Part shown: positions 18,409 through 29,251 of the stretch, piece after piece
Layout: each line of letters starts with the position of its first letter
Numbering within the stretch: the first letter of the stretch is position 1
Source: an uncultured Gammaproteobacteria bacterium
GTDB lineage: Bacteria > Patescibacteriota > Microgenomatia > Levybacterales > GWA1-39-11
Direction of reading: 5' to 3'
Length of the DNA stretch: 64,000 nucleotides
Assembly: GCA_964511305.1 (NCBI GenBank)
Contig: CAZEEU010000001.1
Location: 53,957-117,956 of the forward strand
The notes under the pieces: model-generated
What the model was told of the DNA's origin: nothing
Databases searched by the model: none
The model's input: the letters and a program-made list of their open reading frames with translations, nothing else
Program-made: the position numbers and the translations under genes

Positions 18409-21216
18409 TTATGGAATTTTTACCTCAAATTCATCTGCAACGTAAAGTTTTGAAACAAGCGCCTTTCTTTTTATTTCATCCTCATAAGGCTTTGGCCAGG
18501 CAGGGAGTCCAACCTCAACCATTTGCGTCATTGTAGTTGCCAATTCTTTTCTTTTCTTCTGAATGTTGCGAATTATGTCTCTTGCCTGCCCTGCTTCAAT
18601 ATTTTGGTTCTTCTCAGATGGATCCCCTACTATCTCAAATGTTTCTTTTTCAGCTTCAAAAGTTAGCTCTTCAGTGTTGGTTTCTGATTTTACTACGGCT
18701 AGAACTTCTTCACTAAGCTTTACTCCGTTATAAGTGAGCTTTTTTAGGGGGATCTTTACCTTAATTGAATTTTCTTTTCTAAATGAGTTTATTGCAGTCG
18801 ATAACTCTTGAGCCATCGTCATTTCTGCTTCAAGCGTCGAGTCAATATATTCTTTTTCAACATCAGGCCACAATTCTAAGTGAACAGATTCTGCGTCTGT
18901 TAAATTTCTAAAAATTTCTTCAGAAATAAATGGCGTAACTGGCGCAATTATCTTGCAAAGAGTAATAAGTACAGTATTGCATGTGCTAAAAAAAGCATCT
19001 CTATCATTTTTGTCTGCTACGCTCGCCCCAACCCGGTCGCGTGACCTTCGTATATACCAAGTTGAAAGTTCATCAACAAACTTCTTTATCCTGACAATTG
19101 CCCCTACTGTATTGTAAGAATTGAATTCATCACTAACCTCAAGATTCAATTTGTTAACTTTTGAAAGGATCCATCTATCCAAAACATTTTGAGATACACT
19201 TACTGACTTTTCAGAAGGAGACCAGTTATCGGCAATTGCGTACGTTACAAAAAAGTTATAAACATTCCACAGTATCAGTAGCGTGCCGCGTACCTGGTCA
19301 CGATAATCAATTTCAGAAATTCTAATATCTTCTCCGTTCATCACAGGTGAACCCAAAAGGTACATTCGCAATGCATCTCCTCCATACTGCTCTATAAGCT
19401 TCTTAGGATCAGGAAAATTTCCATAGTTTTTGCTCATTTTCCTACCATCTGTACCAAGAATCACTCCTTCAACTACAACATTTTTAAAAGCAGGAGAGTC
19501 AAAAAGCGCGGTACCAATAACATGTAGCACGTAAAACCAAGCCCTAATTTGGCCCGTATATTCAGCAATAAAATCAGGAGGGAAGAAGTCCTCAATTTTT
19601 TCCTCACTGTTAAATGGATAATGTCTCTCAGCAAAAGATGCACTTCCAGCCTCAATCCAGCTATCGAGTACTTCTTGTACTCTATTTGCATTTTGATCAC
19701 ATTTTTTACACTTTATTACTACTTCGTCTATACCTGGCTTATGTAAATCATTAATTTTAACACCTGACCATTGTTCTAATTCTTTGATCGATTCTGGAAC
19801 ATATCTTTCCCCGCATTCACATTCCCAAACAGGAACAGGACTTCCCCAATATCTACTTCTTGAGATATTCCAGTCAGGTGCATTCTCAAGACTTTTTAGA
19901 AAACGTCCTTCTTTAAAGTGCTTCGGATACCAATTTACATCTTGGTTTGTAGTTTTTAGTTTTTCTTTTAAATTTTGAATATTTACATACCAAGCATTTT
20001 GAGGGTTATAAAAAAGTCTCGTATCACATCTCCAGCAATGAGGAACATTATGCGGAAGCTTTTCGTCTTTATACACAAGCCCTCTTTCCGCAAGGTCTCC
20101 ATTTACCCCTTCGTTGGCATCCAAATAGAACATGCCACCGAATTTAGGAACGTCATTTTTTATTATGCCTTCATCATCTACCAAGAAAGCTAGATGTATA
20201 TTGTCGCGCTGCATAACAACAAGGTCCTCTTCGCCATACACAGCAATTGTTACAATCCCTGTGCCTTCATCTGCTGTTACGAAATCACCAGCAATTATTT
20301 CAAATGCTTTTTTCCCCTCATCAATTTTGTAAAAATCATAATGCGCAACATATTTTTTCCCCAAAAGACTTTCTCCTTTAAAGGTTTCTACTATTTCGTA
20401 GGGAGTATCAGTAAGAATTTTTACGGTATCCTTTGCAAGGATATAAAATTCATCTCCCTGCTTTACCTTTACATATTCAAATTTTGGATTAACTGCCAAA
20501 GCTGGAGTAACTAACTTATTCCAAGGAGTTGTGGACCATGCCAAAAAATAAACATTGTCTTCTCCTTCTAATTTATATTTATACGTTGTTGCTGCGTCCT
20601 GTATTACCTTGTAATTTTCAGCATCCATTGCAACCTCAAAATTGGAAATCGGGGTTGAACAATGAGGACAATACAAAGACACCCTAAGTCCCTTATATAT
20701 GTGCCCACCTTTATACATCTGAGAAAATACCCACATAACCGACTCCATATATTCCTTGTCCCATGTTTTGTATGCATTTTTAAAATCAACCCATCTCCCG
20801 ATTTTATCTATATACCACTCCCACTCACCCGATACCTCTTCCACGTATTTTTTACACTCATCAATAAATGTTTTAATTCCTACTACATCTTCTATGTCCT
20901 TTTTTTTCTTTACGTGAAGCTTACCTTCAACCTTATTCTCGATTGGTAACCCGTGCCCATCCCAACCCCAAACACGTCTAACCTGATACCCCTTCATTGT
21001 GTAATATCTACCAAAAAGATCTTTGGGAAGAGAAGATAGAAGTGAGCCATAGTGCGGCATGCCGGTTACAAACGGAGGGCCATCAAGAAATGTCCATTTC
21101 TTATCTGCTGAACGAGAAGTTATCGATTTTTTAAATATTTCATTTTCTTTCCAATATTTTGTGACATCATCCTCCATTTGGGAAAATGATATCTGAGGAG
21201 TTACTTGCTTTAGCAT
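18409..21216 (-). CDS. ileS: isoleucyl-tRNA synthetase, type 2 (eukaryote/archaeal-like)
   Basis: FLDGPPFVTGMPHYGS (HIGH region, type 2 HYGH variant), WDGHGLP and KMSKN (KMSKS). 935 aa. The stop abuts the start of the SEDS gene. Confidence 0.9.
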   Translation of the reverse strand: MLKQVTPQISFSQMEDDVTKYWKENEIFKKSITSRSADKKWTFLDGPPFVTGMPHYGSLLSSLPKDLFGRYYTMKGYQVRRVWGWDGHGLPIENKVEGKLHVKKKKDIEDVVGIKTFIDECKKYVEEVSGEWEWYIDKIGRWVDFKNAYKTWDKEYMESVMWVFSQMYKGGHIYKGLRVSLYCPHCSTPISNFEVAMDAENYKVIQDAATTYKYKLEGEDNVYFLAWSTTPWNKLVTPALAVNPKFEYVKVKQGDEFYILAKDTVKILTDTPYEIVETFKGESLLGKKYVAHYDFYKIDEGKKAFEIIAGDFVTADEGTGIVTIAVYGEEDLVVMQRDNIHLAFLVDDEGIIKNDVPKFGGMFYLDANEGVNGDLAERGLVYKDEKLPHNVPHCWRCDTRLFYNPQNAWYVNIQNLKEKLKTTNQDVNWYPKHFKEGRFLKSLENAPDWNISRSRYWGSPVPVWECECGERYVPESIKELEQWSGVKINDLHKPGIDEVVIKCKKCDQNANRVQEVLDSWIEAGSASFAERHYPFNSEEKIEDFFPPDFIAEYTGQIRAWFYVLHVIGTALFDSPAFKNVVVEGVILGTDGRKMSKNYGNFPDPKKLIEQYGGDALRMYLLGSPVMNGEDIRISEIDYRDQVRGTLLILWNVYNFFVTYAIADNWSPSEKSVSVSQNVLDRWILSKVNKLNLEVSDEFNSYNTVGAIVRIKKFVDELSTWYIRRSRDRVGASVADKNDRDAFFSTCNTVLITLCKIIAPVTPFISEEIFRNLTDAESVHLELWPDVEKEYIDSTLEAEMTMAQELSTAINSFRKENSIKVKIPLKKLTYNGVKLSEEVLAVVKSETNTEELTFEAEKETFEIVGDPSEKNQNIEAGQARDIIRNIQKKRKELATTMTQMVEVGLPAWPKPYEDEIKRKALVSKLYVADEFEVKIP

Positions 21217-21225
21217 ATGAGTTCA

Positions 21226-21254
21226 ATTTTAGCTCAAGTACGATTGTTTAACAA
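21226..21254 (-). promoter_or_regulatory. putative sigma70-like promoter for ileS (TTGTTA-17 nt-TAAAAT), giving a near-leaderless transcript
   Basis: On the minus strand: TTGTTA, a 17 nt spacer, then TAAAAT, ending 9 nt before the ileS ATG. Confidence 0.3.
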
Positions 21255-21291
21255 GCTATTGGAGAGACTATCTGTGAGTACTAATTGTAAA

Positions 21292-21480
21292 AAGCATGAA
21301 TTACCTATGAGTGCTTATCGAAGAAAGCTTTGCTTATCGCAGAAAGCATAAATTACCTATGAGTGCCTATCGAAGAAAGCTTTGCTTATCGAAGAAAGCT
21401 TTGCTTATCGAAGAAAGCATGAATTACCTATGAGTGCCTATCGAAGAAAGCATGCAATTTACTTGTGCGTGCTTATACCT
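21292..21480. repeat. composite tandem repeat of 7 units: 19-nt units aaagctttgcttatcgaag and 33-nt units aaagcatgaattacctatgagtgcctatcgaag
   Basis: Read directly from the sequence. Units are L-S-L-S-S-L-L(degenerate). The 33-nt unit equals the 19-nt unit with ttt replaced by a 17-nt insert. Confidence 0.9.
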
Positions 21481-21660
21481 GCAACTTGAGGTTGTGCGGA
21501 GGAGATTTGATTCTTCACCATATAAAGAGCCTCAAATACAACCAATAAAAGAATGACACTTAAAAAGAGAAGTTTGGAATTAGATAACGATTGCTTCGAC
21601 TTTACAACTTTTCGTGCTTTTGACTTTTTCTTCATATGTATACTGTATCGCGATTCTCAC

Positions 21661-22512
21661 TTAATTGTCAACTGAGAACAGCTCGTTAATAAGTCCCTCT
21701 CCAATTGCTATTCCTGGTCGGATTCTTCGAAGTGAATATTGCTCAGCTTTTTTAACTGTATAACCTCTATCCATAGTAACAGCAGTATCAAATCCTGCTT
21801 CACCTACAAGGCGCTCCAACGACTCGTTGTAATGACCATAGGGATATGCAAAAGTTGTAACTGAGATATCAAATTCTTTTTCTAATGCTTCTTTGCTTTG
21901 TCTTATCTGGGCTAGAGAGTCATTAAGCGATAGCTTCAAAAGATTATAGTGATCAACGGTATGTGCCCCTATCTCAACAAGACCTGTATCAATTACTTCT
22001 TTTAATTGAGCTTTGCTCATATAGTTAGGCTTTCCAATAACTCCAGAAATAACATACTGAACTGCTTTTACTTTGTATTTTTTGATTATTGGCATGGCAT
22101 CTGTATAAAAATCTTCGTATCCATCATCAAATGTAAGCATTATTGGCTTTTTAGGAGGTAAAGCAGATCCATCGAAAAAGTTTTCTAAATCTTTAAAATT
22201 CACAAATTCGTATCCATTACTTAACAGTGTTTCAAGCTGTTCGTCTAATATATGAGGCTCTGTTGCTAAAAGCTTTCTCGTTGGATCCTTCGGATCAACT
22301 ACATACTCCACATAGTGGTACACAAGAATAGGCATTTTTATAGTGTGCACCGGAAGATATGGCTTTATAAACATCTCTGACAAAGAATTTGTGTAGAAAG
22401 ACTCAGGTGATCTAATTGAAGAAGCGTTGGCTATGCCAACAGAACCTAACAGCATCTCTGCCGTAAGTACTAAAAATACAATAGTTTTTATCAAAACCAA
22501 CACCCTGCCCAT
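21661..22512 (-). CDS. polysaccharide deacetylase (CE4/NodB domain), membrane-anchored
   Basis: N-terminal TM helix, then NodB motifs LTFDDGYEDFY and GAHTVDH. Confidence 0.7.
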   Translation of the reverse strand: MGRVLVLIKTIVFLVLTAEMLLGSVGIANASSIRSPESFYTNSLSEMFIKPYLPVHTIKMPILVYHYVEYVVDPKDPTRKLLATEPHILDEQLETLLSNGYEFVNFKDLENFFDGSALPPKKPIMLTFDDGYEDFYTDAMPIIKKYKVKAVQYVISGVIGKPNYMSKAQLKEVIDTGLVEIGAHTVDHYNLLKLSLNDSLAQIRQSKEALEKEFDISVTTFAYPYGHYNESLERLVGEAGFDTAVTMDRGYTVKKAEQYSLRRIRPGIAIGEGLINELFSVDN

Positions 22513-23396
22513 TACAGTATCACGCTTGAATCTTCCTCCTGACTAACATTTGAGAGGATATACACTTCTGTTCCATATTCGTCTTGACCTACTTTTTCAG
22601 CCTCATTTCGTAATATTGCCTCGTAAGGCTTGCACTGCCTACAGCCACCACTCGGGCATGAAAATTTCTTAAGAGTTCTTGCTAATTTTACTTTTCGTGC
22701 AGCGTCAAGCACACGCTTATATGCAACTTCACTTTCAGGTAGATCGCAAGGAGTAAGATCATTGTTACGCTCAAGGTACCAATAACTTGCCCGTTCTGCC
22801 TTTCTTTTCTGACAATTCTCAACTAGTAGTAGGTAAATTGGAAGCTGCAAGGACTCTCCATCCTCGTCACTCCTACCCGTTTTAAAATCTATGATATGTA
22901 CGCTGTCATGCTCAGGCAAGTACTCAAGCCAATCTATTTTCCCGCATAATATAATATTTTCTTCCTCAGAAAGCCAATAATTAGGGAGGTCCATTTTTAT
23001 CTTCACAGCCTGATTATTAATAGGGCCTGGATGCTCAGTTACCCTTTTAAGCATCTCCTCACCCCTAACTCTATATCGTGCTTCTGAATCAATATCGGTA
23101 AATCCTCCGCTTTTTCCGGAAACTTTTTTCCAAGAAGCCTCAAATAGCTTGATAAGGGGTGTTTGGAAGCGCTGATCAACAGGCAGTATAGATAAACTCT
23201 CAACCACCTCGTGGACAGCCTGACCTAGAGCCAAAGGCGGAGACATTAGCTTTATTTTTTTGTTAGATACAGGATCTTTGTATACATGCTTCAAAAAATA
23301 TGCTCTTGGACAGGCAAGGAAATCAGAGATTGAAGTATGTGAAACCCATGTAGCGGAGAATTTATCACCTACCATACGAGTTATATTGTATACCAA
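22512..23396 (-). CDS. Cas4-like PD-(D/E)XK nuclease with 4-Cys Fe-S cluster motif
   Basis: One N-terminal Cys (ACPRAYF) plus a C-terminal CPSGGCRQC triad, the Cas4/AddB pattern. RecB motif III IIDFKTG and QLPIY (QxxxY) are present. No CRISPR array or cas genes nearby. Confidence 0.55.
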   Translation of the reverse strand: MVYNITRMVGDKFSATWVSHTSISDFLACPRAYFLKHVYKDPVSNKKIKLMSPPLALGQAVHEVVESLSILPVDQRFQTPLIKLFEASWKKVSGKSGGFTDIDSEARYRVRGEEMLKRVTEHPGPINNQAVKIKMDLPNYWLSEEENIILCGKIDWLEYLPEHDSVHIIDFKTGRSDEDGESLQLPIYLLLVENCQKRKAERASYWYLERNNDLTPCDLPESEVAYKRVLDAARKVKLARTLKKFSCPSGGCRQCKPYEAILRNEAEKVGQDEYGTEVYILSNVSQEEDSSVIL

Positions 23397-23413
23397 AATG
23401 GTATAATTTATAG

Positions 23414-23788
23414 ATGAAGATAACTGATGTTGTATTTACAAATCACGCAATTGAAAGAATTAAAGAAAGAGGTATGTCTGGCGACTGGATATGGCAAGCC
23501 GTCAAGCAGCCTGACACTAAAATGGCAGGAAAAGAAAAACATACAACTGAATTTGCTAAGAGGCTCAACGGGCATATAGTAACAGCTGTTGCAAAAAAGA
23601 ATGATATAGGCGAATGGGTGGTGCTTTCAGCTTGGATAGATCCTCCCATCAAGGGAACAAAAGATTATCACAAAAAGGAAGCCTATCATAAGAAGCAAGA
23701 AAAAATACGAGAGCTGTCTAGACGAATGGAAAAGGCTTCTTTTTGGGGTAAAATGTGGCTGGCATTTAGAAAGCAAGCCGGGCTCTAG
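23414..23788 (+). CDS. small DUF4258-like protein with basic C-terminal tail
   Basis: The N-terminus FTNHAIERIKERGMS resembles the DUF4258 family start. Basic, Lys/His-rich C-terminus. Divergent from the Cas4-like gene with a 17 nt gap. Confidence 0.3.
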   Translation: MKITDVVFTNHAIERIKERGMSGDWIWQAVKQPDTKMAGKEKHTTEFAKRLNGHIVTAVAKKNDIGEWVVLSAWIDPPIKGTKDYHKKEAYHKKQEKIRELSRRMEKASFWGKMWLAFRKQAGL

Positions 23789-24850
23789 ATGGATTATTCA
23801 AAAAAAAGCACATATTTATTCTCCATTGACGCGCTTAGAGTCATCTCTATTCTCGCAGTTATTTTGATCCATACGACAACAAAAACTCTTGCAAACCTTG
23901 ATCATAATATTATAGACGGCGCATTCTCGCTTTTTTTAAATCAGGCTTCTCGCTTTGCAGTACCATTATTCTTTCTGATCTCCGGATTCGTTCTTGAATT
24001 GAATAGTAAGGATTTACCTTATCTCACATACTTTAAAAAGAGAGCATCGAGAGTCATTCTGCCTTTTGTATTTTGGAGCATGTTGTACTTTATGATCGGA
24101 TGGGGTTTTAATGTATCTAAGATTTTCAGTCTACAATTTGGAAAAATTCTTTTAGCTGGTGCCGCCTCTTATCACCTATATTTCATTCCTACTCTCGTTA
24201 TCTTTTATGTTGCTTTCCCTCTCCTTCACAATACATTACATTTTTTTAGAAAACCTTTAGTTTTTATCGCTCTCTGGATAATCCAAATACTACTTTTGTC
24301 TTTTGACTATTATGTGCACTCACTTAGAATCGATCCAAATATTCGAATCGTACTTCTCGTTGGTGCCATGTTTGTAACAGGAATAATTGCGTCTCACATA
24401 AAAGATAAAATATTTGCATTTACAAAAATTCATTTTAAATGGCTTACTACTATTACCGTAGCAACTCTTTTACTAGTATTTTTCCATGTTGCTGCTCTAT
24501 CTATTATTAAAAAGACTACAAGTTTTATTTATAACCAGCATGGACCGCTTACATACGCATATACTCTACTTGGCGCTCTTATAACAGCCTCTCTTCTTGA
24601 AAGAACACAATTTGCAAGGAAATACTTTATTCAACTCTCCAAGCTTTCTTTATTTGTTTTCTTTATCCACGTTATGGTGCTTGATTTTGTTTGGAATAAC
24701 TTTGTCAGAAATACCGTCATAACCAATGGTAACTGGATCCTAAAACAATTATGGTTTGATCCGCTATTTTTTATATCTGTTGCCTCAGCGTCCTTTGGTA
24801 TTGCTTATTTCATTCACAAAATTCCATATGCATCAAAACTCACAGGCTGA
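23789..24850 (+). CDS. acyltransferase family 3 membrane O-acyltransferase
   Basis: N-terminus IDALRVISILAVILIHTT. About 10 TM helices with the Acyl_transf_3 architecture. Confidence 0.65.
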   Translation: MDYSKKSTYLFSIDALRVISILAVILIHTTTKTLANLDHNIIDGAFSLFLNQASRFAVPLFFLISGFVLELNSKDLPYLTYFKKRASRVILPFVFWSMLYFMIGWGFNVSKIFSLQFGKILLAGAASYHLYFIPTLVIFYVAFPLLHNTLHFFRKPLVFIALWIIQILLLSFDYYVHSLRIDPNIRIVLLVGAMFVTGIIASHIKDKIFAFTKIHFKWLTTITVATLLLVFFHVAALSIIKKTTSFIYNQHGPLTYAYTLLGALITASLLERTQFARKYFIQLSKLSLFVFFIHVMVLDFVWNNFVRNTVITNGNWILKQLWFDPLFFISVASASFGIAYFIHKIPYASKLTG

Positions 24851-25577
24851 GTCAGCAAAAAAAACAAAGACTATACGAGCAGATAAATTACTTTCTTCAT
24901 TGGGGGTTGCCTCTCGTCGTGGAATTGAGGCATTTCTTAAGCATTCCTCAATTACTGCAAATGGCGTAAAAATTACAGAGCATGGACAACGAATTCCTAT
25001 GAAGTCAGTAATAAAAATTAATGGCCAAGAATTATCAAAACCAAAAAGAGTGTATTTCCTTATCAACAAACCGAAAGGCATTGTCTCAACTGCATCGGAC
25101 GAATTTGGAAGAAAGAATGTAGTAAGCCTTATCAAAACCAAAGAGCGTATCTTCCCAATCGGAAGACTTGATCGAGATACACATGGGTTATTAATACTTA
25201 CAAATGATGGAGAACTGACAAATATGCTAATACATCCCAGGTATCACATACCAAAAACCTACTTACTTAAAATTAAAACGCCGATAAATCCACCACAGAT
25301 TGAAAAATTTGAAAAAGGAGTTACACTTGAGGACGGGGTGACGTCTCCCGCAAAGATTGCTGTCCTACAACGAAGAAAGGATGCAACAATTCTTGAAGTA
25401 GTTCTTTATGAAGGAAAAAAACGTCAAATTAGACGAATGTGCGAAGCGCTAAATCTTCCACTTGCAGATCTTGAAAGAATTAAATTTGGAAATATAACAC
25501 TTGATGGATTAAAGGAAGGTGAATATCGGGCAATGACTGGTATTGAAGTAGAAAAATTGAGAAAATTATGCACGTAA
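24828..25577 (+). CDS. rluB: rRNA pseudouridine synthase (RsuA/RluB family) with S4 domain
   Basis: S4-like N-terminus IRADKLLSSLGVASRR and catalytic motif GRLDRDTHGLLILTNDG. The start at 24828 (MHQNS) overlaps the upstream gene by 23 nt. An earlier Met at 24756 is less likely. Confidence 0.8.
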   Translation: MHQNSQAESAKKTKTIRADKLLSSLGVASRRGIEAFLKHSSITANGVKITEHGQRIPMKSVIKINGQELSKPKRVYFLINKPKGIVSTASDEFGRKNVVSLIKTKERIFPIGRLDRDTHGLLILTNDGELTNMLIHPRYHIPKTYLLKIKTPINPPQIEKFEKGVTLEDGVTSPAKIAVLQRRKDATILEVVLYEGKKRQIRRMCEALNLPLADLERIKFGNITLDGLKEGEYRAMTGIEVEKLRKLCT

Positions 25578-26500
25578 TAACAGGAACTCTTGCGTACGAC
25601 TACATTATGGCTTTTCCGGGTGCCTATGAGGATCATATATTGCCTGATCAAATACATAAAATTAATCTTTCATTTCTTGTTAATACTTTTGAAAAAAGAC
25701 GCGGTGGAACTGCCGGCAATGTCTCATACTCTCTTGCACTTCTAAAAACTCCACATGTTCTTTTCTCATACGCAGGAAAAGATTTCGACGATTATAGAAA
25801 ATCTTTTGAAAAGAATGGGATCGATTTGTCTAACGTCAAAATAGATAAAAATGACTACACTTCTACCGGTTTTGCGATGACTGATAAAAGTCACAATCAA
25901 ATTTGGGGATTTTTTATCGGTGCTTCTAAAAATATTCCTTCACTCAATTTAAAAAAAGTTGCTGGTAAAGGCGACACGGTTCTTATTGGTCCATCCGGGG
26001 CTGCTGGGTCTATGTCATTTGTTGATCAATGTATCGACAATAATATTTCTTATATTTTCGATCCTGGCTTTATATTAACGGAAGTAAATAATCGCGATCT
26101 TACAAAAGGAGTAAAGCATTGTGACATCTTAATCGGCAATGACTATGAAATAGAGTTAATAAGCACCCGTGTCAAAGATTATGAAGAGATTGTAGAAAAA
26201 ATAACTGTCATAAAAACTGTTGGCAAAAATGGTGTAGAAATTTCAGAGCGTGGCATGAAATATTTAGTAAAACCTGCAACAGTTAAAAAGGCCATTGACC
26301 CAACAGGTGCCGGTGACGCATTTCGTGCGGGGCTTATAGCAGGCCGAGAAAAAGGATTATCTATAAAGGAAGCGGCTCAGATGGGATCGATCGCTGCTGC
26401 ATATGCCGTCGAAAGCTATGGCACACAGGAACACGCCTACACTATTGCGGAATTTAGAACTCGCTTTACCAGCACTTATAACAACTCCATTAAAATCTAG
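25568..26500 (+). CDS. PfkB family carbohydrate/nucleoside kinase (possibly adenosine kinase)
   Basis: N-terminal RRGGTAGNVS (GG motif) and C-terminal DPTGAGDAFRAG anion hole of the ribokinase family. Adjacent to ahcY. Confidence 0.7.
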   Translation: MHVITGTLAYDYIMAFPGAYEDHILPDQIHKINLSFLVNTFEKRRGGTAGNVSYSLALLKTPHVLFSYAGKDFDDYRKSFEKNGIDLSNVKIDKNDYTSTGFAMTDKSHNQIWGFFIGASKNIPSLNLKKVAGKGDTVLIGPSGAAGSMSFVDQCIDNNISYIFDPGFILTEVNNRDLTKGVKHCDILIGNDYEIELISTRVKDYEEIVEKITVIKTVGKNGVEISERGMKYLVKPATVKKAIDPTGAGDAFRAGLIAGREKGLSIKEAAQMGSIAAAYAVESYGTQEHAYTIAEFRTRFTSTYNNSIKI

Positions 26501-26529
26501 CTCTGGACATTCGTCCATTAATTTGTTAG

Positions 26530-27810
<1,281 letters not shown>

Positions 27811-27822
27811 AAAATAGTGCAT

Positions 27823-27849
27823 GCGCAGACTCACGTCTGCTGATTTTTT
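27823..27849 (+). terminator. Rho-independent terminator after ahcY
   Basis: gcagac-tcac-gtctgc hairpin followed by tgatttttt. A second AT-rich palindrome tttgaaagt-tat-actttcaaa follows at 27846-27870. Confidence 0.5.
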
Positions 27850-27888
27850 GAAAGTTATACTTTCAAAAAATTAAGCAATTGTTAAGAC

Positions 27889-29247
27889 TTGCCCGATATA
27901 CTGTGCGCAATGGAACTTATCAATACTTCAAAAAGAAAATTCTCACAATTTGTCCACTGGTTCGCAAAATTATCCATTAAGAAAAAGGTTATTTCACTCG
28001 TAATATTACTTTTAATTTTTTGGTTTGGAATAAAACCACTGGTATTTAAAAAAGAGAATAAAATCGAATATATAACCTCCACTGCTGAAAAAGGCACACT
28101 CATTTCCTCAATAAGCGCCAGCGGAACCGTAACAAGTGCAAATAATGCAAGCATTACAACAAGTGCTTCAGGAGTTGTATCTGAAGTTCATTTTAAAAAT
28201 GGCGACACAGTTACTAAGGGAGACACTATTGCAATTCTCACACCAGATACTGTCTCCCAACAAAAACAAGCAGCCGCATGGGCAAGCTATTTGGGTGCAC
28301 AAAACTCTTTAAACTCTGCAAAGGCACAAATGAATTCATTACAATCTGCACTCTTTCGCGCAAATCAGGCATTTGTAAATGGAAAAGGAACACAAGATCC
28401 TGACATGAATGATCCGGTATATATCGAGCAGCGTGCCGATTGGCAACAGGCAGAAGCAAACTATAATAACCAACAAGGAGTAATTGCAGCAGCAGAAGCT
28501 ACCTTAACAAGCGCATGGCTTTCGTATTCCCAAAATTCTTCAACAATTACAGCACCGATTGCAGGAACTCTATCAAATCTTAATCTAACACCGGGTCAAA
28601 CAATTGCAGCATCAACTTCTGATTCTAGTTCTAATGCGAGTACTGAGTCGTACGGATCAATTACTTTAAAAGGTGGCAAGCCACAAGCAACCGTCAATCT
28701 TTCTGAAATTGATGTCATCAAAGCAAAGCAGGGACAAAAAGTTACTATGACACTAGACGCATTTACGGATAAAACATTTACTGGAAGGATCGCATCTATT
28801 AATACAAATGGGAGTGTCAGTTCTGGGGTAACAACGTATCCAGCAACTATTACTTTTGATACAACGGTTGAAAATATGTACCCAAATATGGCAGTTGCCG
28901 CAACAGTAATTACAAATATTAAAAATGATGTTCTCTTGGTCCCCTCTTCCGCTGCCCAAACAATTAATGGGGAATCCACAATTAGGATTATGAAGGGCGG
29001 TAAGGTAAGCAGTGTGACCGTTACAACCGGTGACCAAAATGACACTCAAATCGAAATAACTTCCGGCCTTTCGGAGGGAGACTCAGTTGTCACAGGACAA
29101 ACAGGTGGTGCAACTACAGTAACCGGAGGTGGGACATCAACAGGTGGTAACAGATTATTCCAGTCGGCATCTCCTTTTGGTGGAGGAGGAAGTGTAAGAA
29201 GTGTCGGAACCTTTAATGTTGTAGGAGGCACTACGATACGACGCTAA
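27889..29247 (+). CDS. HlyD/MacA-family periplasmic adaptor subunit with Gly/Thr-rich C-terminal tail
   Basis: N-terminal TM helix, biotin-lipoyl-like VVSEVHFKNGDTVTKGDTIAIL, a long coiled coil, a beta-barrel region and a GGATTVTGGGTSTGG tail. Confidence 0.7.
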   Translation: MPDILCAMELINTSKRKFSQFVHWFAKLSIKKKVISLVILLLIFWFGIKPLVFKKENKIEYITSTAEKGTLISSISASGTVTSANNASITTSASGVVSEVHFKNGDTVTKGDTIAILTPDTVSQQKQAAAWASYLGAQNSLNSAKAQMNSLQSALFRANQAFVNGKGTQDPDMNDPVYIEQRADWQQAEANYNNQQGVIAAAEATLTSAWLSYSQNSSTITAPIAGTLSNLNLTPGQTIAASTSDSSSNASTESYGSITLKGGKPQATVNLSEIDVIKAKQGQKVTMTLDAFTDKTFTGRIASINTNGSVSSGVTTYPATITFDTTVENMYPNMAVAATVITNIKNDVLLVPSSAAQTINGESTIRIMKGGKVSSVTVTTGDQNDTQIEITSGLSEGDSVVTGQTGGATTVTGGGTSTGGNRLFQSASPFGGGGSVRSVGTFNVVGGTTIRR

Positions 29248-29251
29248 TTTC

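Noticed and set aside
21292-21480. Possible CRISPR array upstream of ileS
   Set aside because: Units are 19 and 33 nt in a unit-within-unit structure, and the supposed spacers are only 3 or 17 nt. No cas genes were found, and the one nearby Cas4-like gene is 1 kb away on its own. This is a tandem repeat, not CRISPR.
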